Of a stretch of 48,621 nucleotides of DNA, positions 30,728 to 38,609 are shown one piece after another. The first letter of the stretch is position 1; every line of letters begins with the position of its first letter. The notes beneath the pieces were generated by a model. It saw only the letters and a program-made list of their open reading frames with translations, did no database searches and had not been told where the DNA came from. Made by a program: the position numbers and the translations under genes. The stretch is from NCBI GenBank assembly GCA_946545475.1, contig CAMNNO010000001.1, positions 1 through 48,621 on the forward strand. Direction: 5' to 3'. The stretch comes from an uncultured Blautia sp. GTDB lineage: Bacteria > Bacillota > Clostridia > Lachnospirales > Lachnospiraceae.

Positions 30728-30976
30728 ATGCTGGAAAAAATTAAGGATAGGGAAATGGAAAAACTGAAAAACGCCTGGCTGGGAGAGGATGAGAGAAAAG
30801 GCGGCAGCCTCCTTTTGACGCTCATCTGTGGCCTTGCCGCCATAGCCGCCGGCATTGCCCTGGCCATTACCCTGTACCGCCATTTCAAGCCGAAATATAA
30901 CAAAGAGTTTAACAGGGAATGGGATGACGGCTTCGATGAGGACTTTTCCGAATTTTTTGATGAGGATATAAGCTGA
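30728..30976 (+). CDS. Small single-TM protein with an acidic tail
   Basis: AAGGAG RBS, one hydrophobic helix, D/E/F-rich C-terminus. Confidence 0.7.
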   Translation: MLEKIKDREMEKLKNAWLGEDERKGGSLLLTLICGLAAIAAGIALAITLYRHFKPKYNKEFNREWDDGFDEDFSEFFDEDIS

Positions 30977-31033
30977 CATACGGGATGTCCGCTGCGGAGG
31001 CGGAAGATCCCTGCGCATATGATAAGGAGGACT

Positions 31034-32404
31034 ATGAGAAAAGGTGATATGGTAAGCGGCGTGATCGAGCGGGTGGACTATCCCAATAAGGGGATCGTCC
31101 CCGTTTCCGGAGAGAGGGTCGTGGTGAAGAACGGCATCCCCGGCCAGGAAGTGGCGGTCCTGATCGAAAAAAAGCGCTCCTCCGGCATTTCCGGCCGGAT
31201 ACAGGCTGTCCTCTCGCCATCCCCCCTGGAAAGCCGCCCGCCGCTGTGCAGCCTGTTTCCTTCCTGCGGCGGATGCCTGTACCAGACAATGGCCTACGAG
31301 GAGCAGCTGAAAATGAAAGAGCGGCAGATCCGGGATCTGCTGTCCCCCTTCCTGGACGATCCCTCCGGCTTTGAGGGGATCATCGCAAGCCCCACGGAGA
31401 CCGCCTACCGCAACAAAATGGAATATTCCTTCGGGGACGATAAAAAGGACGGCCCCCTGACCCTCGGCCTTCACCGCCAGAGCAGCACCTACGATGTGCT
31501 GACGGCCACGGACTGCGCCCTGGTGCATCCGGATATGAACCGGATCGTGTCCTGCGTCCTCGACTATTTTACAAAGAGGGGGGTGCCCTACTACCACAAA
31601 ATGTCCCACATCGGCTACCTCCGCCATCTCCTGCTGCGCCGGGGCGTGACATCGGGGGAGATACTGGTAAACCTGGTCACCACAAGCCAGGAGGAGCATG
31701 ACCTGTCTCCCCTTAAGGAGGAGTTGCTGTCCCTCCCCCTTGAGGGACGCATTGTCGGGATCTGGCACCTTATCAACGACGGCCTGTCGGACGTGGTCCG
31801 CTGCGACGAAAAGCGGTGCCTGTTCGGGACCGACCACTTTTACGAGACGCTCCTGGGCCTTAAGTTCCGCGTCAGCACCTTCTCTTTCTTCCAGCCCAAC
31901 ACCCTGGCGGCCGAGCGGCTGTATGCCAAGGTCCGGGAATACATCGGCGAGGTCTCCGGCCGCACCGTCTTTGACCTTTACAGCGGCACCGGCACCATCG
32001 CCCAGCTGTCGGCCAAGGCCGCATCCCAGGTGGTCGGCGTGGAGATCGTCCCGGAAGCGGTAGAGAGCGCCAGGCAGAACGCGGCCGAAAACGGCATCAC
32101 AAACTGCCGCTTCATCGCCGGCGATGTGCTGGCCGTCCTGGATACGATCCCGGAAAAGCCGGACCTTCTCATCCTCGACCCGCCCCGCGACGGCATCCAC
32201 CCCAAGGCCCTGCCCAAGCTCCTCTCCTACGATGTCCCCAGCATCGTCTACATCTCCTGCAAAGCCACCAGCCTGGTGCGCGACCTGCCCTTCTTCCTCG
32301 CCCACGGCTACCGCCTGAAAAAGGTCTGCCCCGTCGACCAATTTTGTCAGGGGCCGCATGTTGAGACTGTCTGCTTATTAACAAAAAATACAAATAAGAA
32401 ATAA
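31034..32404 (+). CDS. rlmD: 23S rRNA (uracil-5)-methyltransferase RlmD/RumA
   Basis: TRAM domain, CGGC Fe-S motif, YRNKMEY, SFFQPN, DLYSGTG, LDPPR, YISC and HVETV. Confidence 0.95.
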   Translation: MRKGDMVSGVIERVDYPNKGIVPVSGERVVVKNGIPGQEVAVLIEKKRSSGISGRIQAVLSPSPLESRPPLCSLFPSCGGCLYQTMAYEEQLKMKERQIRDLLSPFLDDPSGFEGIIASPTETAYRNKMEYSFGDDKKDGPLTLGLHRQSSTYDVLTATDCALVHPDMNRIVSCVLDYFTKRGVPYYHKMSHIGYLRHLLLRRGVTSGEILVNLVTTSQEEHDLSPLKEELLSLPLEGRIVGIWHLINDGLSDVVRCDEKRCLFGTDHFYETLLGLKFRVSTFSFFQPNTLAAERLYAKVREYIGEVSGRTVFDLYSGTGTIAQLSAKAASQVVGVEIVPEAVESARQNAAENGITNCRFIAGDVLAVLDTIPEKPDLLILDPPRDGIHPKALPKLLSYDVPSIVYISCKATSLVRDLPFFLAHGYRLKKVCPVDQFCQGPHVETVCLLTKNTNKK

Positions 32405-32410
32405 ATAAGA

Positions 32411-32534
32411 ACGGCGAACGCCGCCCCGCGGGCGAGCAGGAGCGGATTCTCCCCTCCTGCTCGATTATCGCAGAGGCGGCGTAAGGAAATTATCGCCTTA
32501 CGGCGAACGCCGTCCCGCGGGCGAGCAGGAGCGG
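32411..32534. repeat. 35-bp direct repeat enclosing two hairpins
   Basis: ACGGCGAACGCCG(C/T)CCCGCGGGCGAGCAGGAGCGG at 32411-32445 and 32500-32534, one mismatch. Confidence 0.85.
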
Positions 32535-32572
32535 CGGGCAGGAGAAAATAGCGGCAGCAAGGAGAAGCAAAC

Positions 32573-34051
32573 ATGATGAATCTGGTTGAAGAAGCCATTA
32601 TTTATGCCACCATCATGCACCAGGGCAAGGTGCGGAAAATAAAGAACATCCCTTTCATCCTTCATCCTCTGGAAGTGGCCCAGATCCTGGCGACCATGAC
32701 GGATGACCAGGAAACGATCGTCGCGGGGATATTGCACGATATCGTGGAGGACACGGACGGGACGATCGGCGAGATCGAAACGCGCTTCGGCAAGCGCGTG
32801 GCCCGTCTGGTGGACGCGGAGACGGAGCCCTCTTTTCCGGACGAAGAAAAAGAAAAAAGCTGGCAAAGGCGAAAGGAGCTCTCCCTGCAAAAGCTGAAAA
32901 ACAGCGATGACATCGGCGCAAAAATGCTCTGGCTGGCCGACAAGCTGGCCAATATCCGCTCGCTGGCCCGCTCTTACAGCGAAAACGGCGACAACGTGTG
33001 GTCGCTCTTTCACCAAAGCGACCCGGCCATGCAGCGCTGGTATTACCGCACGGCAGCGGAATACCTGGAAATGGACCTCAACAAGACCGGAGCCTATAAA
33101 GAACTGATCAAGCACATCAATTACATCTGGCCGGGAACCTTTGGCTCCGAGAAAGCCCGCTACCGGGCCTACAAAGAAGTTTCCCTCGAAGGTTGCCGCC
33201 TGCTTGGCAGCGGACAGAAGGGCGAGGTCTACCGTTATGATGATGAACTGGTCATAAAAGTATTTAACCGCAGCAACACCTACAAGGATGTGGAGCGCGA
33301 GATCGCCCTCAGCCGGAAAGCCTTTGTCCTGGGCGTTCCCACGGCCATCTCATTTGGCATCGTATCTGTCGGAAAACGCTATGGCGCCATGTATGAGCTT
33401 TTGGATGCCGATACCCTGACCACCTGCATAGCCCGGAATCCGTCCGATCTGGATTACTATGCCGGCGTCATGGCCTCCCTGGCCCGGACCATCCACGCAT
33501 CGCAGGCAGGGGAGAAAGACGGATTCCCGGATGTCAGGGACAGATACCGGGAATACATCGCCCGCGGCATTGCCCGGTGCGACGAAAAGCTGGCCGGGCG
33601 ATGCCTGGAACGGCTAAGCCGGATACCGGCGACGAACCATCTGGTCCACGGCGACTTCCACACAAACAATGTATTCCTCCAAAACTCGGAGCCCCTGCTC
33701 ATCGACATGGACCGCGTCGCCAGAGGGGACCCGATATTCGAGCTGGGAGACATGTACCTGTACTACTGCGCGTCGCCCGGAGAAAAGGGACCCGAAGACA
33801 TTGCCCCTTACCTGGGGCTCCCCTGCCGGATATGCCGGCAGTTTTTCCAGCTTTTCATCCGGCATTACCTGCAGACCGAAGACGAAAACCGCATCCGCGA
33901 GGTCACAGACAAAGCCGCATGGCTCGGCAACATCAGGCTCATCAACCATTATTGGAAGAATGGGTTTCCCCAAAAAGAGGCCAGGCGCGAAGTCGACATC
34001 CTTCTGAGCAAAACCCAAAAGCTTCTGGAAACCCTGACCGAGATACCATAA
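32573..34051 (+). CDS. Mesh1/SpoT-like HD hydrolase fused to an APH/protein-kinase-like phosphotransferase
   Basis: N-terminus: HQGKVRK, PFILHP, LHDIVEDT, ADKLAN. C-terminus: GSGQKGEVY, VIK, HGDFHTNN, LIDMD. Confidence 0.85.
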   Translation: MMNLVEEAIIYATIMHQGKVRKIKNIPFILHPLEVAQILATMTDDQETIVAGILHDIVEDTDGTIGEIETRFGKRVARLVDAETEPSFPDEEKEKSWQRRKELSLQKLKNSDDIGAKMLWLADKLANIRSLARSYSENGDNVWSLFHQSDPAMQRWYYRTAAEYLEMDLNKTGAYKELIKHINYIWPGTFGSEKARYRAYKEVSLEGCRLLGSGQKGEVYRYDDELVIKVFNRSNTYKDVEREIALSRKAFVLGVPTAISFGIVSVGKRYGAMYELLDADTLTTCIARNPSDLDYYAGVMASLARTIHASQAGEKDGFPDVRDRYREYIARGIARCDEKLAGRCLERLSRIPATNHLVHGDFHTNNVFLQNSEPLLIDMDRVARGDPIFELGDMYLYYCASPGEKGPEDIAPYLGLPCRICRQFFQLFIRHYLQTEDENRIREVTDKAAWLGNIRLINHYWKNGFPQKEARREVDILLSKTQKLLETLTEIP

Positions 34052-34060
34052 GGCCGCTCG

Positions 34061-36931
34061 TCACTGGGCATCCTTGCGCAGACGTTCCATTATGCTTTCG
34101 TCGTCGTTTTGACGGTAACAGAGGAAGGTCATCCCTTCAAGGAGAAGGTATGTGATCAGGTACGTCGTGAGGATCAGGGCATAAGGCGTGTGAAAGACCA
34201 TCCGGCCGATATAGGCGGAGGCCATCCGGCGGAGGATATAAACGCTCCCTCCCGTCAGGAGAGCCGAGTACAGGAAAGACCGGAAAAAGAGCAGGAGGTT
34301 TTCCAGGTGCAGCATCTTATGGCGCTGAGGAGCGGTTATCCCGGCGGAGGAGAGAACCGCCATCTCCCGGAAGCGCTCGATCTTCCGGCCCATGACCGAA
34401 TGGTACAGGTTAAGTACGCCGATGATGGCGACAAAAAGGACAAAAAAGATGGAGACGATCCGGATGATCGAGGCGATCACTTCTTTTATGCTGGAATAGC
34501 TGCTGACCAGCCCTCCGGAAGCGATCACCAGGCTATCCATAGATTCCGCGTTCATGGCATAGAAGCGCTTAACAAGGCTAGAGTTTTCATCCTTGACATT
34601 AAAAAGGAGAAAACGGTTCAGGGAGAGGAAGGTCTCCTCGTCGTAGCCCGGCTCGGTGCTGCCATAGAGATTCTTATAGGTCGTCTCCGGCATGACCATC
34701 CAGGGGCTGCTGTCCCGGATCTTATAGTAGGGGGAGAGAAGCTCTTTGGTGACGTAGCCGGCGAATGTCACGCGCCCTTCTAGGATGTCGTCCTTTGCCC
34801 AGAGCCATACCGGCAATGTCTCGCCTGGCAGCGTCTTTAAGGGATGTGGGACCTCTATAAGGCGGTATCCCGGCTGAGGCCGGTCTGCGAAGGTGAAGCG
34901 GTAATCATCGGTGCTGATGCTCAGCGTATCATACACAAGGACAGGGCCGGCAGAGGAGAGGCCTTCCCCTGTGCCCTGGGCGGGCTGGAGGGCGGCAGCA
35001 TCGGCGCCGCATTTTTCCGCAAACGCGGCAAATTCGTCGTCGTGAAGGATGATCGCGCCGAAGGAGATATCGGCGCCTTCGCCCAACAGGAGCTCCTCCT
35101 GATCTGCCGGGATGCCCTCCGGGAAGTAACGGCCGACGATCTCTCTAAGGGCGTCCTGGTACTCCGCTGAGAAGCTTTCTCCCTCAAGATGCCCGCAGAG
35201 ATGGTCGGCCATGCCTTCTTTGTAAGCGCTAACTTCGTCCGATGCGATAACTTCCTCCCGGAGCGCGTCATAGAGACGGCCCTCAGCCACCAGGGCGTAG
35301 TCATAGCCCTCGAAGGCGGTTCCCTCCCGGATATCGGGGGTCGAAGCCTTATGGTCGATGACATCGTTTACGATGCCGGCGCCGAAGGCGGTGATCAGGG
35401 TAAGGGAGGAGATGAGCACCAGGCTCTGGACGATCCCGCGGGTCATGTGGCGGCTCCGGCGCACCTGGCAGAGGGCGAGGAGGCAAAGAGGGCTGCCGGA
35501 AAGGAGACGAGGGCTTGTCCGCGCTTTTTTTCGGTATTCGTCATTTACGCGGATGGCCTCCACGGGGCCGGCCTTTCCGGCCTTAAGGGCAGGGGCCCAG
35601 GCCGAGGCCCAGACGGTGAGAATGCAGAGCAGGACGGTGAGAAGGATGTTCCCCGGGCTGACGATGAGGCGGCAGGGAAGGTGGACGGCCGTCCCGGTCA
35701 GGACATGGACATCCAGCATGCCAAGAAGCGCGTCAAAGTGTGGGGACAAGAGCGCCATGGCGGTTTTGACGAGGAGAATGCCGAGGATGAACCCCAGGGG
35801 GAGGGCGGCTATGAGAAGGGTAAAAACTTCAAAATAGACGCTCCATCGCTTTTGCGACCTTGTGGCGCCCACGGAGGAGAGCATGCCGAGATAGCGGCTC
35901 CTCTCCCGCCGGGAAATGCGGAAGACATTGCTGATCAGGACCGCGGAGGCGACCGCGATCAGCAGGCTGAAGAAGGCCTGGAAAAGGATCATCAGCGAAT
36001 TGATATTGTTGTCGGGGCTCTTCGAGGAAAAGGCCAGGAGCGTGCCGTTGGCGATAAAGTCGCGGTAATCGCCCGTAATCTCGGCAAGGTCGTTGAAGAG
36101 AGACGTGGTGTCCTTTTTGAGATCGACGAGGGCGACCACGTTCAGCTCCTCATCGGAAGAGACGCTCGCCGGCGTGCCGGATAAGGCGATGTAGCCGCCC
36201 TGGCCGGAAAGCTCATAGTAAGGGCTTTCCATAAAGCCGACGATCGTGTAGGAGCCTGTGCTTCCCGTCTCTTCGTGCAGCTCTTCAAAATCATCGTTGG
36301 CCGGGTACCAGGGGAAGTGAGCGGGGGCCTCTTTGGTCTCGCCGTGATGGACCAGAAAGTTCTCCTGGTAGGGAAAGACGAGGAAGCTGCTATCCTCATC
36401 TTTTTCGGCAGCGTCCTCATTTTTTTCAAAGGCGTGGATATACCGGCGGAAAAAAGAAGCGTCGATGTGGTCGCCAATGTGGAGGTCTGCCCCGTCTTCC
36501 AGGGCTAGCTGGCTTATGATGATCTCGTTTTCATTTTCAGGATAGCGTCCATCGAGAAGATGGATATTCATCCACGAAAAGACGGGGGAGGAGTAGCCCT
36601 TTATCTCCAGAAAGGGCGTATATTCAGGCTTTCCGCTCTGTGGGAAGGCGGTGTAGCCATAGTCCCTGGATATCCCGATCTCATCGATATAGGGGAGAGA
36701 GGACAGCTCCTTAAGCTGCCCGGAATCAAGGCCATAGACCTGTATGTGCCAGCTGCCGCGCTCGGATATGGCGATATCCGCGAGATAGGCCATGAGGGTA
36801 TCCTTTCCCACAAAGACCGCCGTCATGAGCACCACCATGAGCAGGATCCCGGCAAAGGCCGTCAGGGTGCGCTTGCGGTTTTTTCGCATATAGATGGCGG
36901 TGACATCAAAAATCACTTTTTTGTTTCCCAT
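34061..36931 (-). CDS. FtsX/MacB-type ABC transporter permease
   Basis: Two FtsX-like segments (GMLSSVGATRSQ; MAVLSSAGIT) and large extracytoplasmic loops. Confidence 0.88.
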   Translation of the reverse strand: MGNKKVIFDVTAIYMRKNRKRTLTAFAGILLMVVLMTAVFVGKDTLMAYLADIAISERGSWHIQVYGLDSGQLKELSSLPYIDEIGISRDYGYTAFPQSGKPEYTPFLEIKGYSSPVFSWMNIHLLDGRYPENENEIIISQLALEDGADLHIGDHIDASFFRRYIHAFEKNEDAAEKDEDSSFLVFPYQENFLVHHGETKEAPAHFPWYPANDDFEELHEETGSTGSYTIVGFMESPYYELSGQGGYIALSGTPASVSSDEELNVVALVDLKKDTTSLFNDLAEITGDYRDFIANGTLLAFSSKSPDNNINSLMILFQAFFSLLIAVASAVLISNVFRISRRERSRYLGMLSSVGATRSQKRWSVYFEVFTLLIAALPLGFILGILLVKTAMALLSPHFDALLGMLDVHVLTGTAVHLPCRLIVSPGNILLTVLLCILTVWASAWAPALKAGKAGPVEAIRVNDEYRKKARTSPRLLSGSPLCLLALCQVRRSRHMTRGIVQSLVLISSLTLITAFGAGIVNDVIDHKASTPDIREGTAFEGYDYALVAEGRLYDALREEVIASDEVSAYKEGMADHLCGHLEGESFSAEYQDALREIVGRYFPEGIPADQEELLLGEGADISFGAIILHDDEFAAFAEKCGADAAALQPAQGTGEGLSSAGPVLVYDTLSISTDDYRFTFADRPQPGYRLIEVPHPLKTLPGETLPVWLWAKDDILEGRVTFAGYVTKELLSPYYKIRDSSPWMVMPETTYKNLYGSTEPGYDEETFLSLNRFLLFNVKDENSSLVKRFYAMNAESMDSLVIASGGLVSSYSSIKEVIASIIRIVSIFFVLFVAIIGVLNLYHSVMGRKIERFREMAVLSSAGITAPQRHKMLHLENLLLFFRSFLYSALLTGGSVYILRRMASAYIGRMVFHTPYALILTTYLITYLLLEGMTFLCYRQNDDESIMERLRKDAQ

Positions 36932-36943
36932 GATCCTTTCCTC

Positions 36944-37633
36944 CTATAAAAGATTCCGGACCGGCTCGTTCTGGACGATCCTGCCATCCTCGAGGCGGAT
37001 CACGCGGTCGGCCTGCATGGCGATGCCCTCATCGTGGGTGATGAGGATGAGGGTTTGCATCTGCTTCTGGTTGGAGTCCTTTAAGAGGGCGATGATCTCC
37101 TCGCCGGTCTTACGGTCCAGGTTGCCGGTGGGCTCGTCGGCAAGGAGGATGGCGGGATGGCTGTAGAGGGCGCGGCCTATGGCGGCCCGCTGCTGCTGCC
37201 CGCCGGAGAGCTGGCCTGGGAGCTTTTGGCGGTGCGCCGAAAGGCCGAGGCGCGAGACCACCTCATCAAGCCGCTCCCTGTCAAGCTTCCGCCCGTCCAG
37301 GAGATGGGGCAGGGCGATGTTTTCGTCAATGTTGAGAACGCTCATCAGGTTGTAAAACTGGTACACAAGCCCGATCTGCCGCCGGCGGAAGATGGCGAGC
37401 CTGTCCTCGTTAAGGCTGTGGATGTCCGTCCCGTCGATCCACACCTTCCCATCCGTCGGCCGCTCGACACCGCCGATGATGTGAAGGAGAGTGGACTTGC
37501 CGCTGCCGGACGGCCCCACAATAGAGACAAACTCGCCCTTCTCCACGGAAAAGCTCACCCCGTCAAGCGCCCGGACAGTGGTATCGCCGGTGCCGTAAAT
37601 CTTTGTGATATTCTCGCATCTTAAAATTTCCAT
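36944..37633 (-). CDS. ABC transporter ATP-binding protein (LolD/MacB/BceA-like)
   Basis: GPSGSGKS, LSGGQQQR, ADEPTGNLD and ITHD. Confidence 0.95.
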   Translation of the reverse strand: MEILRCENITKIYGTGDTTVRALDGVSFSVEKGEFVSIVGPSGSGKSTLLHIIGGVERPTDGKVWIDGTDIHSLNEDRLAIFRRRQIGLVYQFYNLMSVLNIDENIALPHLLDGRKLDRERLDEVVSRLGLSAHRQKLPGQLSGGQQQRAAIGRALYSHPAILLADEPTGNLDRKTGEEIIALLKDSNQKQMQTLILITHDEGIAMQADRVIRLEDGRIVQNEPVRNLL

Positions 37634-37673
37634 ATCAGCCTCCTGTATGTTCAGAGATTTTACGTATATCAGA

Positions 37674-37729
37674 ATAATAGCACTTTATGGTGACAAGGCG
37701 GTGACTTTTAAAGTGACAGAATTGTCACT
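37674..37729 (-). promoter_or_regulatory. ABC operon promoter with BceR/OmpR-type response-regulator sites
   Basis: Inverted repeat AGTGACA-gaat-TGTCACT (37712-37729), plus GTGAC half-sites at 37690 and 37701. Extended -10 TGcTATTAT on the minus strand. Confidence 0.65.
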
Positions 37730-37801
37730 ATAAAAGGCGCCGCCGAAAATATCGCAAATATGATGAAAAACAGGTAGACATTTTACTGCTGTAATTTATA
37801 C

Positions 37802-37902
37802 TATAGGAAACGAATAAAACGCTTGCGTTTTCATTCGTTTCCTGCGCCGGATTTTCGCCGCTTTAGCGGCATTATTCTGCTGAAAATTCGTGCGATACTA
37901 TA
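37802..37902 (-). mobile_element. 101-bp structured dispersed repeat, copy B
   Basis: The reverse complement aligns ungapped to 2820-2920. Ends are TATAG...CTATA. Confidence 0.65.
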
Positions 37903-37956
37903 TTTTGTGGCAGCTCAGAATGGATACTGTTTGGAAAAAAGCGGAGAGGATATATT

Positions 37957-38454
37957 ATGCTGGAAATCAGAAGATCAACAGAACAGGATTTTGAACGGAT
38001 CATGGAGATTTACGCCTATGCCCGGCGCTTTATGGCGGAGCATGGCAATCCCAACCAGTGGGGGCCGACGAACTGGCCTCCGGAAGAACTTATCCATGCC
38101 GATATCGCCGGAGGAAACAGCTATGTCTGCACGCAGGAAGGGCGGATAGTCGGGACATTTTTCTTTATCTGCGGGAAAGACATTGAACCGACCTATGCGG
38201 ATATTACGGATGGCGCGTGGCTGGATGATGGGCCCTACGGGGTGGTGCACCGCATTGCCGCCGACGGCTCGGCAAAAGGCACGGGAGCGTTTTGCATCAA
38301 CTGGGCCTATGAGCAGTGTGGACATCTCCGCATCGATACGCACGCAGATAACAAAGTCATGCAGAAGCTTGTCGAAAAGCTGGGCTTTATCCACTGCGGA
38401 ACCATCTATGTCAGAGAGGATAAGGCCCCCCGCCTGGCCTATGAAAAGCTCTGA
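37957..38454 (+). CDS. GNAT-family N-acetyltransferase
   Basis: EIRRST..D, VVHRIA, LRIDTHADN..MQ....KLGF..CG. Confidence 0.88.
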   Translation: MLEIRRSTEQDFERIMEIYAYARRFMAEHGNPNQWGPTNWPPEELIHADIAGGNSYVCTQEGRIVGTFFFICGKDIEPTYADITDGAWLDDGPYGVVHRIAADGSAKGTGAFCINWAYEQCGHLRIDTHADNKVMQKLVEKLGFIHCGTIYVREDKAPRLAYEKL

Positions 38455-38609
38455 CTCCCGGTAGGCTAACGGGCTCTTTTTGCTGTTATCGCGGGAGTGG
38501 CGTAAGGAAAGCGAACCTTACAGGCCGGTCATGAATCATGTGTATAATTGTGATCATCACAATAGCGCTGTACATGATCCTGTTTTTGTTTATAAAAGGA
38601 GGTGCTCCC

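Noticed and set aside
30689-32359. 556-aa antisense ORF
   Set aside because: It is a shadow of rlmD.
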